Shown one piece after another: positions 30,190 through 40,763 of a stretch of DNA of 64,000 nt. A program made the translations under genes and the position numbers. The notes below the pieces were generated by a model. It made no database searches and had not been told where the DNA came from. It worked only from the letters and a program-made list of their open reading frames with translations. Source of the stretch: an uncultured Planctomycetota bacterium (GTDB lineage Bacteria > Planctomycetota > Planctomycetia > Isosphaerales > Isosphaeraceae). How positions within the stretch are numbered: the first letter of the stretch is position 1; the number at the start of each line of letters is the position of its first letter. The stretch is from positions 256,001-320,000 of the forward strand of contig CAWGMQ010000008.1 of the NCBI GenBank assembly GCA_963823665.1. Direction: 5' to 3'.

Positions 30190-31314
30190 ATGCGTGATGT
30201 GATCGGACACCTGATCGATTCCCTCGAAAAAGGGAGCGAGGTGATCGTCTGCCAGGTCGTCGAGACCCGGGGTTCGACCCCACAGAAGGCCGGGTCGCTC
30301 ATGATCGTCAATCCCGACGGGGGGCAGGGGGGCACACTCGGCGGCGGCTGCGTCGAGAACGAGGTGAAAACCAAGGCGCTCCGCCAGCTTTCGAACGGGA
30401 CGGCGGCCGTTCACTCTTTCGTTTTGGATCACGATTACGCCTGGGCCGACGGGCTGATCTGCGGCGGGCGGATGGTGGTGATCGCTCATCCGGTGCGCGG
30501 CCAGGAGCCGCTGGGCTATTTCCGGACCGTTGCGCGGTTTCTCGACGACGGGCAGGGCTTCACCGAGGCCGTGATGCTGGGCACGGGTTCGGCGGAAGGC
30601 GAGCCGCCAGGGCGGCGGATCTTGTTCGACGCCGAAGGCGTCGCCCGAGCGAGTCTGCCGGCGGGAGGCATTCCCGCCGGTCTTTCGGCACGCATCGCGA
30701 CTCCGGCCAGCCGGCCCAAGCCGTCAGTCCACGACGGGGTCGCGTTCCTGCCGAGTTGGCCGCGGATCCGTTTGATCGTCGTCGGCGCCGGACATGTCGG
30801 CCAGGCGGTTGCCGACCTCGCTGTGCAGGCTGATTTCGACGTCTGGGTCATCGACGACCGGGCCCAGTATGCCAATCACGAGCGATTTCCGAGGGCACGG
30901 CGAATCCTGGTGGGGCCGATCGAGGAGGTCATTCCCACCCTGTCGATCACTCCGCTCTGCTATGCGTTGATCGTGACGCGGGGCCACGGGCATGACCAGG
31001 AGGCCCTGTACCGGCTGGCTCCCACCGCGGCAGGATACCTGGGCTTGATCGGCAGCCGGCGCAAGATACGCCTCATCTTCGACAACTTGCGTGAAGCGGG
31101 GATCGCCGAGGCCGATCTCGAGCGCGTCACCGCGCCGGTCGGGCTGGATATCGGCTCGCAGACCGTTCCCGAGATCGCGATCAGCATCGTCGCCGAGCTG
31201 ATCGCCCGGCGGAACCTCGGCGAGCGCCGCCCCGGCGCCATCCAGGTTCCTGAAGCACCGAGAAGGGTCGACGCCGCGGTGCATTGCGACTCAGGCGCCG
31301 GGGGTGCAGCGTGA
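30190..31314 (+). CDS. xdhC: XdhC/CoxI family molybdoenzyme maturation protein
   Basis: GSTPQKAG, GTLGGGCVE, GLICGG, GAGHVG, VTRGH, YLGLIGSRRK, PVGLDIG...PEIAISI. Confidence 0.92.
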   Translation: MRDVIGHLIDSLEKGSEVIVCQVVETRGSTPQKAGSLMIVNPDGGQGGTLGGGCVENEVKTKALRQLSNGTAAVHSFVLDHDYAWADGLICGGRMVVIAHPVRGQEPLGYFRTVARFLDDGQGFTEAVMLGTGSAEGEPPGRRILFDAEGVARASLPAGGIPAGLSARIATPASRPKPSVHDGVAFLPSWPRIRLIVVGAGHVGQAVADLAVQADFDVWVIDDRAQYANHERFPRARRILVGPIEEVIPTLSITPLCYALIVTRGHGHDQEALYRLAPTAAGYLGLIGSRRKIRLIFDNLREAGIAEADLERVTAPVGLDIGSQTVPEIAISIVAELIARRNLGERRPGAIQVPEAPRRVDAAVHCDSGAGGAA

Positions 31315-32197
31315 TCGCGGCCATCGTTCCCGCGGCCGGTCGCAGCAAGCGGATGGGCCAGCCCAAATTGCTACTGCCAACCAACGGACGCACCCTGATC
31401 GCCCACGTGGTGACCGCGCTCCGCGAGGGTGGGGCCGATCGCGTGGTGGTGGTTGCCCCGCCGGCAGACTCGGAGGAGGGGCCGGCCGTCGCCCACGCGG
31501 CAGAAGCCGCCGGCGCTCTGGTCGTTGCGCCGCGGAGCGCCCGGCCGAGATGCGGGATTCGATCGAAATCGCCCTGGCGGCCGCCGCGAAGCCCACACCG
31601 CCGGAGCGCGTGCTGCTTGCGCCGGGTGATATCCCCGGCATCAAAGCCCAGATCGTCGCCGCGCTCCTCGACGAGAGCATCCGCCAGCCGCAGAAGATCG
31701 TCGTGCCACGCTTCCTCGAGCGCCGCGGGCACCCGGTCGTGCTGCCGTGGTCGCTCGCCGCGGACGTTGCATCACTACCGGAGGGGCAGGGGTTCAATGC
31801 CTTGCTGGCCCGGCATCACTCGCTCGTCGCGGAGCTTGTGGTGAGCGACTCGGATGTTACGGTCGACCTCGACAGTCCGGACGATTTAATCCGCTGGAAT
31901 GAACAACGAGGCGCCGGCGGCGTCGTGCAAGTCAGATTCTTCGCGCTGGCGAGGGAGCGAGCCGGGCGCTCGGAGATGGACATCGAGCTGCCGGGCGGCT
32001 GCCGTGTCTCGGACCTGCGGGCCGAGATCGCACGGCGCGTGCCCGAGCTGGCCCCGCTCATGAAGAACGTGATGATTGCCGTCGATGAGGAGTATGCGGA
32101 TGACGACGCACCGGTCAAACCGGGCGCACGAATTGCGGTGATCCCACCGGTGAGCGGCGGGGCAGCGGCACTTTCGCGGAGATCACGACGGCCATGA
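31311..32197 (+). CDS. MocA/MobA-like NTP transferase fused to MoaD/ThiS sulfur carrier (frameshift near 31535)
   Basis: PAAGRSKRMGQPKLLL, PGD, RRGHPV, DLDSPDD, then VQVRFFALARERAG...AVIPPVSGG. Confidence 0.85.
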
Positions 32198-32634
32198 TCG
32201 AGATCACCTCGTCGCCGATTGACCATTCCGCCCTCACCGAGCGGGTTCGAGCGGCGCACGCGGGGGCCGTCTGCACGTTTCTGGGAACGGTGCGTGACCT
32301 GACGGGCGACCGCCAGACGGTCGCGCTCGAGTATGAAGCGTATGGGGAGATGGCGCTCAAAAAGCTCGCCGAGCTCGAGAGTGAAGCCCGCAGGCGCTGG
32401 CCGATCATCGATCTGGCGCTCGTGCACCGCACGGGCAAGCTTGAGCCGGCCGAAGTCAGCGTTGTCGTCGCGGTCAGCACGCCGCACCGCCATCAAGCGT
32501 TCGAAGCATGCCGGTGGCTGATCGACACGCTCAAGGAAGTGGTGCCGATCTGGAAAAGAGAGCGCTGGTCCGACGGACAGGAGGAATGGATCCACCCGGG
32601 ACTGAAGCCTTCAGGGGGTGCAGAAAAGGTATGA
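32194..32634 (+). CDS. moaE: Molybdopterin synthase catalytic subunit
   Basis: GAVCTFLGTVR, LEYEAY, HRTG, PHR, IDTLKEVVPIWKRE. Confidence 0.95.
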   Translation: MIEITSSPIDHSALTERVRAAHAGAVCTFLGTVRDLTGDRQTVALEYEAYGEMALKKLAELESEARRRWPIIDLALVHRTGKLEPAEVSVVVAVSTPHRHQAFEACRWLIDTLKEVVPIWKRERWSDGQEEWIHPGLKPSGGAEKV

Positions 32635-32776
32635 CGCGGCAGAATCGCGGTCAGCCAGGTATAATGCAGCACGTGACGGAGGGGATGGACTGCCTTCGCA
32701 GGATTCAGCGCGACAGCGCCGCTCACGCGCCCGAACGAAGGCAACGCCTACGTCACAAGCCATCAAGCAGGCATCG

Positions 32777-33778
32777 ATGACATCCAGACCGAACCAGCTT
32801 ATAGACGGATGGGGACGGCCGCATAACAACTTGCGGATCAGCGTCACCGACCGTTGCAACATCCGTTGCGTCTACTGCATGCCCGAGGAGGTTCGGTTTC
32901 AGCCCCGTGCGGCCCTGCTGACGTTTGAGGAAATTGAGCGGGTGGCACGCATTTCGGTGACGCTCGGGATCGACAAGGTGAGATTGACCGGCGGTGAGCC
33001 GCTGGTACGCCGCGACCTGCCGAAGCTGGTCGAGAAGCTGGTGGCGATCGAGGGGCTCGACGACGTCGGCTTGACGACCAACGGGATGTTGCTGGCCCCG
33101 GTTGCAAAAACGCTGCGACGAGCCGGTCTTAAAAGGATCAACGTCAGCCTGGACACGCTCGACCCCGCGCGGTTCGAGCGTCTGACCCGGCGCCCCGGTC
33201 TCGAGCAGGTGATCGAGGGGATTCTGGCGGCGAAAGAAGCGGGATTCGAGCCGGTGAAGATCAACGCGGTTGCGATTCGAGGCGAGACTGAAGAGGACGT
33301 CGTGCCGCTGGCCTGCTTCGCACGCGAGCACGGGCTCGAGCTGAGGTTCATCGAGTACATGCCGCTCGACGCCGGTCATCGCTGGGAACGCCAAAAAGTG
33401 CTGTTCGCGGCCGATATCATCGATTTGATCACGGCCGGGATCGGCGAGCTCGTGCCGGTGAGCGACCCGGACCCGCGGGCGCCTGCGGTCGATTATGAGT
33501 ATGCCGATGGAGGTGGGACGCTTGGGATCATTGCTTCGGTGAGCCGCCCGTTCTGCATGAGCTGCAACCGGCTGCGGCTCACATCCGACGGCAAGCTGCG
33601 CAACTGTCTGTTCTCGCTTGATGAGAGCGATGTGCGGGGGCTCTTGCGCGGTGGCGGAAGCGATGAGGAGATCGCCCTGACTTTTCGCGAGTGCGTGGCC
33701 TCGAAGTGGGAGGGCCACGAGATCAACACCTCGCGTTTTATCCAGCCGGAACGGCTGATGCACTCGATTGGAGGCTGA
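32777..33778 (+). CDS. moaA: GTP 3',8-cyclase (radical SAM)
   Basis: LRISVTDRCNIRCVYC, RLTGGEPL, FCMSCNRLR...NCLF and C-terminal IGG. Confidence 0.96.
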   Translation: MTSRPNQLIDGWGRPHNNLRISVTDRCNIRCVYCMPEEVRFQPRAALLTFEEIERVARISVTLGIDKVRLTGGEPLVRRDLPKLVEKLVAIEGLDDVGLTTNGMLLAPVAKTLRRAGLKRINVSLDTLDPARFERLTRRPGLEQVIEGILAAKEAGFEPVKINAVAIRGETEEDVVPLACFAREHGLELRFIEYMPLDAGHRWERQKVLFAADIIDLITAGIGELVPVSDPDPRAPAVDYEYADGGGTLGIIASVSRPFCMSCNRLRLTSDGKLRNCLFSLDESDVRGLLRGGGSDEEIALTFRECVASKWEGHEINTSRFIQPERLMHSIGG

Positions 33779-33788
33779 AAGTCGCTCG

Positions 33789-34217
33789 ATGAGCACCCCG
33801 GAATCCGAATCGCCCTGGTACCGCGATGGACTGGCCTTCTCGTGCACTCGCTGCGGCGCTTGCTGCACGGGAGCACCAGGTTACGTGTGGGTCTCACCCG
33901 AAGAGATCGAGGCGCTCGCGTCCTATCGCGGCCAGAGCGTCCAGGAGTTTTCGGCCCGGTTCGTCCGCAAGGTGGGCCATGGATTTAGCCTGGTCGAGAG
34001 GCCCGGCGGCGACTGTATCTTCTGGGACAAGAAGGCGGGATGCACCGTCTACCCCGCGCGGCCGGTTCAGTGCCGGACATGGCCATTCTGGCCGGAAAAT
34101 GTGGAATCGCCCGAAGATTGGGAGCACGTTCAATCAGTTTGCCCGGGGTCGGGCAAGGGCCGCGTGTACACGGTGGACGAGATTGTCTCGTCAATTTCCA
34201 GGCATCAAGATGATTGA
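33789..34217 (+). CDS. YkgJ-family (CxxCxxCC) Fe-S/Zn cluster protein
   Basis: FSCTRCGACC, DCIF, CTVYPARPVQCRTWPFW. Confidence 0.88.
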   Translation: MSTPESESPWYRDGLAFSCTRCGACCTGAPGYVWVSPEEIEALASYRGQSVQEFSARFVRKVGHGFSLVERPGGDCIFWDKKAGCTVYPARPVQCRTWPFWPENVESPEDWEHVQSVCPGSGKGRVYTVDEIVSSISRHQDD

Positions 34218-34692
34218 GTCTATTGGTATGAGTGAAGAACCCGGCCCGGTGGAGCTCGGCTGGGAAGACGAGCTTCGCGCGCTCTACACGGACCTGGATC
34301 GGGAGGTTGCCGCGATCGGGCCGGTATGCGAGTTGAGCGGACGATGCTGCCGCTTCCTGGAGTACGGTCACACCCTCTTCGTCTCGACCGCCGAGGTCGG
34401 TTATCTACTCGAGCTGGCCCCGCCCCCGGCCCGGCCGCTCGACCAGGGCGCGAGCTGTCCGTGGCAGGATTCGCGTGGGCACTGCACGGCGCGCGATGCT
34501 CGGCCGCTGGGTTGCCGTATCTATTACTGTGATCCCACGTTTCAGGAGGCAGCCCACCGGCTTTCCGAGCGATTCATCGCTCGCATGAAGAGGTTCTCTA
34601 GCGATTATGGGATTTCATGGAATTATGCACCACTGCATCGGCACCTCCAGGACGAGCAACGGCTAGGGCGATTCCCTCGGAATCCTTCTTGA
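34210..34692 (+). CDS. Second Cys-rich YkgJ-like protein
   Basis: CELSGRCCRF, CPW, CTARDARPLGCRIYYC. Confidence 0.75.
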   Translation: MIESIGMSEEPGPVELGWEDELRALYTDLDREVAAIGPVCELSGRCCRFLEYGHTLFVSTAEVGYLLELAPPPARPLDQGASCPWQDSRGHCTARDARPLGCRIYYCDPTFQEAAHRLSERFIARMKRFSSDYGISWNYAPLHRHLQDEQRLGRFPRNPS

Positions 34693-34717
34693 CACTACTC
34701 TAAGCCACCAATACACT
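34689..34717 (+). promoter_or_regulatory. Sigma70-type promoter of the HU/IHF gene
   Basis: TTGACA-N17-TACACT. Confidence 0.7.
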
Positions 34718-34769
34718 TGAGCCACTTCGTGCCCCTGGGGCCGATCGCGCAATCGTGGAGACAGCAATC

Positions 34770-35153
34770 GTGACCAAGAAAGAAATCGTCAAACGGATCT
34801 CCGAAGACATCGGTCTGACTCAGCTCAAGACCAAGGACATCGTGCAGCGAACGCTCGACGCCATCATCCACACCCTGGTCTCGGAGGGTCGGATCGAGCT
34901 GCGCAATTTCGGTGTCTTTGAGGTTAAACAGCGTGCCCCGCGGAAGGCACGTAATCCGCGCACCGGAGACAAGGTGTACGTCCCGTCGAAGAACGTGGTG
35001 ACGTTCAAGCCGGGTAAGGAAATGGAAGAATTGGTTCGAAAGATAGATCCGTCAAAACTTCCGCTATTGGAAGAGGGCTCGGATGCCGATTTAGAGAACG
35101 ACGGACCTGTGGAAGGGGTCTCGGAAGCGGAAGCCAAGGCCTCCGCCGATTGA
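34770..35153 (+). CDS. HU/IHF-beta family DNA-binding protein with acidic tail
   Basis: [32 protein letters not shown]. Confidence 0.93.
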   Translation: MTKKEIVKRISEDIGLTQLKTKDIVQRTLDAIIHTLVSEGRIELRNFGVFEVKQRAPRKARNPRTGDKVYVPSKNVVTFKPGKEMEELVRKIDPSKLPLLEEGSDADLENDGPVEGVSEAEAKASAD

Positions 35154-35429
35154 GGCCGGCCCTCAGGACGCAAGCCACCACCGCCGTAAAGTGCAAATCT
35201 CTCGTCAGAAAGACGCGAGGGCCATGAACTTGCGAAGGAAAGCTCGGATGCAGCTTTCCGATGGCTGTTCGGGTGAGAGACCGGCCAGTCGTCTTCCGGC
35301 GGCGGCGAACGGAATCGGGCTCGGGGCGCTTGGGCAGGAGCCCGCGCGGCGAGTCCCCCCGGAAGAGACCCGAGCAAGGATGGCACGGGTGCTCTGAACG
35401 GGCGGTCACCAAGACGGGAGGAGCCCGAC

Positions 35430-35663
35430 ATGCGGAAACTGTGCGCGGCCTTGGCGATCACGGCTGCGTCCCTCGCCATTTTCGAGGGATGTGCACCGGT
35501 CCCGCTGCCGCATTACGCAGCGTACAAGCCAAGACGAGTCGAAGAGTTGCTGGTTGATTCAGAAAACCTGCGCCAGGCCGGCGACGAATGGGAGCGGTTC
35601 TGGCTGCTCGACCAGCCCTCGCACATGACGCCGTTCCGAACGCACGGCGGTAGCGGTCCCTGA
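35430..35663 (+). CDS. Small putative lipoprotein
   Basis: GGAG RBS; signal peptide ending in ...FEGC; SENLRQ...WERFWLLDQPSHMTP. Confidence 0.7.
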   Translation: MRKLCAALAITAASLAIFEGCAPVPLPHYAAYKPRRVEELLVDSENLRQAGDEWERFWLLDQPSHMTPFRTHGGSGP

Positions 35664-35892
35664 TCCGAACGCAAGCCCGGCGCGGGCGTATGCGGTAGAG
35701 ACCGATCACACCGTGCCCTCGCCCTGCCTTCTGCGCTCGTGCAAGGATTTCTGGAAGCGGCCGTCCGGGCTTTTCACCGCCCGGACGCGGCCGCTTCGTC
35801 GTTGTGGCGTGGCGGTCGCGGGTCGAAAAGCTCGATCACGCCGCGATCGCACCTCCGGTCCGTGCTCGCTCCAAGGACGCTCCGCGAATTCA

Positions 35893-36501
35893 TTACGGCT
35901 TGCCTGCCTCGAACTTTTCAAGCTCGAGTGTGGCGGTGCTGCCCCCCACCGCCATCGTTTGCTTGACAACGCCGACATCCGGGGCGAACCACGAAGTCGC
36001 GCTCGCCTGCATCCCTGCGACGGTTCGGTCCATGTCGACTTTGAGGGCCTTGTACTTACCGGCCGGAACCGTGACTTCCTCGCTGTCGCCCGCCTTCATC
36101 TTGACGGTCATCTTCTCGGCGCCCAACGTGGTTTCGACTTCCCACGTCTCGTCTTTCTTGTACGGATACTTGAGGACACAGATCGGCGGCGATAGCTCGA
36201 CACCGTTCATCCGGTGGCACATCACTCCCTTGTCGGTCACCGCGATGTGCGCGGTTCCTGTGACCGTGCCGTCCATGAGCGTCTCGACCACTGCCAGCTT
36301 CTTCCCGTCGATCGTCTCGATCTTGGCAACCTGGTTGGTAAGCTTCTTCTTCTGGCCGTCGCCGCGCAGCTCGTAGATCCACTTCGTGCCAAGCGTCAGG
36401 GGATAGTAGTTCGGCGCCTTCTCCTTGTCGGTTGCCTCATCCTGGGCCACCGCGGCGCTGCTGATCATGAGCACGAGAAACAGTCCCCTTGCATGCTTCA
36501 T
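35893..36501 (-). CDS. Secreted beta-rich hypothetical protein
   Basis: Signal peptide; YYPLTLGTKWIY, EEVTVPAGKY, WFAPDVGVVK. Confidence 0.75.
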   Translation of the reverse strand: MKHARGLFLVLMISSAAVAQDEATDKEKAPNYYPLTLGTKWIYELRGDGQKKKLTNQVAKIETIDGKKLAVVETLMDGTVTGTAHIAVTDKGVMCHRMNGVELSPPICVLKYPYKKDETWEVETTLGAEKMTVKMKAGDSEEVTVPAGKYKALKVDMDRTVAGMQASATSWFAPDVGVVKQTMAVGGSTATLELEKFEAGKP

Positions 36502-36821
36502 CTTCTTCACTCCGCTTGCAGAAGTAGTTCCACGATCGACTCGAGCCGGCCTCGATCTATCCGCCGTCTGTTGAAGCGAGAATTTCCATCTGTTTCCTGA
36601 CACCGAACGACGGAACATCCTAACCGATGGGACGGCGATGCGTCATCGAGCGCGAAAAGGCGAGCTCGAGATTCCGGAAAGCACAGCCGGCGCGCGACCC
36701 ACAAATCTGCGATGTGAACCGAGCATCGCCACGATGTCTTGCTCGCTCAATCGGTGGTATGATGAGGTTAGAGAAGAGGGGGGCGAGCGCACGAAACGGC
36801 CGCTCGCCGCGGAGAACCGCC

Positions 36822-37592
36822 ATGACTACAAATCAGTCGCAACCCCGCCAGTGGATGCGGAAACCGATGGCCGCGCTCGGCCTCCTGGGCATCACCGCCG
36901 CGATGGCCACCGCGACTCTGCTGGCCAGACAATCACAAGGCGTCTACGAGGCGCGCCGTGAGCACATGGTGCACGAACAGATCGAGGCGCGAGGAATCAA
37001 GGATAAAGCCGTCCTCGCGGCCTTTCGCAAGGTGCCGCGACATCGCTTCGTGCCGGAGCGCTTGCGGGCGGAGGCATACGACGACGGGCCGCTCCCGATC
37101 GGAGAAAGCCAGACCATCTCGCAGCCTGAGATCGTGGCGATGATGACCGAGCTGATCAAGCCGGACAAGAAGTTCCGCGTCCTGGAAATCGGAACGGGCT
37201 CCGGCTACCAGGCGGCGATCCTCGCCGAGTGCGTCAAGGAAGTCGACTCGATCGAAGTCGTGCCCTCTCTCGGCAAGAAGGCCGAGGTTGTGCTTCGCGA
37301 CCTCGGCTACAAGAATATCAAGCTCCGGATCGGAGACGGCTACCAGGGCTGGAGCGAACGAGCGCCCTATGACGCAATCATCCTCACAGCGGCGCCGCCC
37401 GAAAGAAGTGCCCCGTCCGCTGCTCGAGCAGCTCAAGGTTGGCGGACGTCTCGTCGCGCCGGTCGGGAAGTCCGTCCAGAAGCTCGTTCGCATCACCCGC
37501 ACCGAGGCCGGCTTCGAGCAGGAGTTGATCACCGACGTCCGGTTCGTCCCCATGACCGGCAAGGCACAGGACCACGACCAGGCCGGCGCTGA
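36822..37592 (+). CDS. pcm: Protein-L-isoaspartate O-methyltransferase with N-terminal signal-like segment (frameshift near 37400; exact end uncertain)
   Basis: VPRHRFVP, QTISQP, VLEIGTGSGYQAA, GDGYQG, then LLEQLKVGGRLVAPVG and VRFVPM in a second frame. Confidence 0.9.
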   Translation: MTTNQSQPRQWMRKPMAALGLLGITAAMATATLLARQSQGVYEARREHMVHEQIEARGIKDKAVLAAFRKVPRHRFVPERLRAEAYDDGPLPIGESQTISQPEIVAMMTELIKPDKKFRVLEIGTGSGYQAAILAECVKEVDSIEVVPSLGKKAEVVLRDLGYKNIKLRIGDGYQGWSERAPYDAIILTAAPPERSAPSAARAAQGWRTSRRAGREVRPEARSHHPHRGRLRAGVDHRRPVRPHDRQGTGPRPGRR

Positions 37593-37636
37593 CGATCAGC
37601 CGTTAAGTCTCGACATCAGAACTGGAGATTCGCACG

Positions 37637-38822
37637 ATGTTCGATCTGATTGCCGTTCAGGAAAGCCTGAAGGAATTCCGCCTCGATGGTTGGCTCTTTT
37701 ACGACTTTCGCGGGCGCAAACGTCCTGGCCAGACGGGTTCTGGGCCTGGACCAGAAGCCCGTGGGGAGCCGGCGGTTCTTTTATTACGTGCCGGCAAGTG
37801 GGCAGCCGCGGAAGCTCGTGCATCGGATCGAAACGGCGGCGCTCGATAGCCTGCCCGGAGAAAAGTCGATTTACCTGCGCTGGCAGGATCTCGAATCGGG
37901 TGTGGCGCGGCTGCTGGAAGGCAGCAAGCGAGTGGCGATGGAATACGCCCCTCGCGTCTCCAACCCGTACGTCTCACGGGTCGACGCCGGCACGATCGAT
38001 CTGGTTCGCAGTTGCGGTGTCGAAGTGGTCTCATCCGGTGACCTGATCCAGCGCTTCGAGGCAACTTGGGACGACGCCCAGTGGCAGATGCACAAGGATG
38101 CAGAAAAGGTGACAACCGCGGCATACGACGTGGCGTGGGGTTTGATCCGCGACCGCGTGCGCTCCGGCGGCACGATCCAGGAGACCGAAGTGCAATCGGC
38201 CATCATGGACCATTTCCACAGCCACGGCCTGACGACCTATAGCCCCCCGATCGTAGGCGTGGGACCGCACGCCGGCGACCCGCATTACGAGCCGATCAAG
38301 GGCAAAGACGCGGCCATCGGCAAGAACGACCTGGTGCTGGTCGACCTCTGGGCCAAACTCGATCGCCCAAGGTCGGTCTACAGCGACCTCACCCGGATGG
38401 GGTATGTCGCCGACACAGTACCCGAGAAATACGAGAAGATTTTCGCGATAGTCGCCGCAGTGCGCGATGCGGCGATCAAGTGCGTGCGCGACGCGTACGC
38501 CGCAGGCCGGCCGCTACATGGCTGGGAGGTCGACGCCGCCGGCCGCGCCGTGATCGACGCAGCAGGCTACGGCCCTCAGTTCATCCACCGGATCGGCCAC
38601 AACATCGGCCAGGAGGTCCACGGCAACGGCGCCAATATGGACAACCTCGAAACGCACGACGAGCGGCTGGTGCTGCGGCGAACCTGCTTCTCGGTCGAGC
38701 CGGGGATTTACTTCGATGAATTTGGAATGCGCAGCGAGGTGAATGTGTTCGTGGACGGGGATGGGAAGGTGCACGTGACGGGAGGGCTTCAAGAGAAAAT
38801 ATTGCCGATTCTTGCGGGTTGA
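37637..38822 (+). CDS. M24 family (Xaa-Pro) aminopeptidase (frameshift near 37715)
   Basis: GWLFYDFRG, DPHY, DLWAK, SDLTR, HRIGH, FSVEPGIY, RSEVN. Confidence 0.9.
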
Positions 38823-39006
38823 TCGCGGATCGCACGCGATTCATAAAACCATCGCGGCCGGCCGAGCCCCGGGGCCTGAGTAGCAATGGAACAGGCCTGC
38901 TCTCGTCGGGGCCCGGCCGGCCGGCGGCGTGTTGTCGCCGCAGTCAGAGAATCAGGGCCATGATTGGCATGATCAACCGCGAACAAGTCTCGAGGTCGCT
39001 TTTGCT

Positions 39007-39327
39007 TTACGGCCGGTTACCGTCTTGCGAGCGCTCGCTTGCTGGGAGGTTCTCGGCGATCTTTTTTCGCTGGCTCGCCTTGTAGAGTTGATAGGCGGCT
39101 TCCAGGTTCAACCACAACATGGCTGAAGTCCCGAACGCGTTTCCGAGATCAATGGCGGTATCGGCGGTGATCATCTTGTGGCCGTTGACAATTCCATTCA
39201 CCGTCTGATACGGCCGCCCCATTTTGGCGGCCAGTTTCTCTTGAGACCATCCCCGCGCTTCCAGCTCTTCTCGGATGAACTGACCTGGTGGGACTGCGAA
39301 TCGAATAGGAGTTTGCTTTGTGGCCAC
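39007..39327 (-). CDS. higA: HigA-family HTH antitoxin
   Basis: PPGQFIREELEARGWSQ...ITADTAIDLGNAFGTSAMLWLNL. Confidence 0.9.
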   Translation of the reverse strand: MATKQTPIRFAVPPGQFIREELEARGWSQEKLAAKMGRPYQTVNGIVNGHKMITADTAIDLGNAFGTSAMLWLNLEAAYQLYKASQRKKIAENLPASERSQDGNRP

Positions 39328-39348
39328 CGTTCGCCCCTTTCTCCGGTT

Positions 39349-39645
39349 TCAGTGGTAATCCTCTATGCCGGTGATCACGAGTTGGTTGTGCTCGCCAGCC
39401 TTTTCGATCTGAAAAATCAAGCGAAACTGTTTGTTGACCCGCATGGAATACTCGTGCTTGCGCTTCCCCTTGAGTTTCTCGAAATGGAGCGACTTGAAGT
39501 GTCTCAGGTCGTTCTCGTCGTGGACTGACCGAATGAACTGCATGAGCGCTCGGAACGCGGTAACGATGTTTTCTCCGTAGCCTCCGTCGTATTCAGGATC
39601 ATCTTCGATCCGTCGCAAGGTCTTGTTGGTGTGCCGGGCCAGCAT
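39349..39645 (-). CDS. higB: HigB (RelE-family) toxin
   Basis: SLHFEKLKG...YSMRVNKQFRLIF...IEDYH, in toxin-before-antitoxin order. Confidence 0.9.
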   Translation of the reverse strand: MLARHTNKTLRRIEDDPEYDGGYGENIVTAFRALMQFIRSVHDENDLRHFKSLHFEKLKGKRKHEYSMRVNKQFRLIFQIEKAGEHNQLVITGIEDYH

Positions 39646-39670
39646 CGAATACCATCCTATCGCTGATTCG

Positions 39671-39700
39671 ACGATACCGGAGAGATTTACCAGTTGTCAA
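39671..39700 (-). promoter_or_regulatory. Probable sigma70 promoter of higBA
   Basis: TTGACA-N18-TATCGT on the minus strand. Confidence 0.55.
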
Positions 39701-39900
39701 AGCGGTTAGTGAACAACGGCGGTGATGGACACCAAACCAGCAAGGCGAGCAACGCCACCGCAAGTGGAATATGCGCCCGATCTGTGCCTCGGATACGACG
39801 CGGCAACAAATCTGGCGGCAGACCACTGTCTTGAACTGGCGAGTCAGTGCCGAATGGATCGCGAACGATTGGCCGAATCACGGACAGGGTTCAGCACAGT

Positions 39901-40734
39901 TCACTCGCCGACAGATATCAATTGCATGTCTTCCACGTCGTCACCTTTGGTGTCTTCTGGTAAAGGGTCTAGAATCCAGTTCTCACGTTCGCGCCGTACT
40001 CCATCCTCGTCGCGGACCCAGGTCTCCTCTCGCAAGAGCACGCCGCTCCACAGACCATACGCTGCGAAGCACTCCCTGGCGCGTCAAAGGTTCGCACGAC
40101 GACAATTTGCGATCCAAGCGGTCCCCAGACGAGATCAGAATGGCCATTCCGAACCCCAACGGACCGAACGCTCGCCCCACCGACGACAGCACCATCGGCG
40201 CTAATGACCAGGTCGAGTAAGTCGTCCGACAGACTGCCGTCGTACCCACTCCCGGCAACCGGTTGCACCCGAGTCTTCCCGTCCGGTGAGATCAGAACAG
40301 GCCCGCCAGCGCGCAGGGTTTGCGGGGTTTCGATCCGCGACCGGACATCGAAGTAGCTCGCCAGATCGAACAGCTCTTTTTCCGATCGTTTGAGCGAATA
40401 CCCGGGCAGACCACGCCAGCGGATATACTGCATGACGTGATCATTGTGCCCCTGGATTTGCTGATCCTCCCCGGACTGGCGGACGCACCCACTGAACCTT
40501 GTGATCAGGAGTCCCGTGGCTCGATCGATGCGACAAATGTCGCCGAATCCCCCTCCTCCGACGTAACCATAGATCGTGAGCTCGCCGCGCCAGATTTCCC
40601 GCTCAGCTTCCCACCATCCAGAGTAATAATGAGACCCGCGCTGGTCAGCGCGCGATCGCCCAGCAAGCGAGCGCCACAACAGCAACCCTGACCATCATTG
40701 ATCGGATCCTGAACCTTGTCCATGGAATTGGCAT
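39901..40734 (-). CDS. Membrane-anchored hypothetical protein, paralog B (two frameshifts, near 40650 and 40080)
   Basis: Reconstructed MPIPWTRFRIRSMMVRV...GWWEAEREIWRGELT...ETWVRDEDG...ISVGE* aligns end to end with 40764-41600. Confidence 0.7.
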
Positions 40735-40763
40735 GGCAGGTCTCGTGGATGATTCGACAGAAT

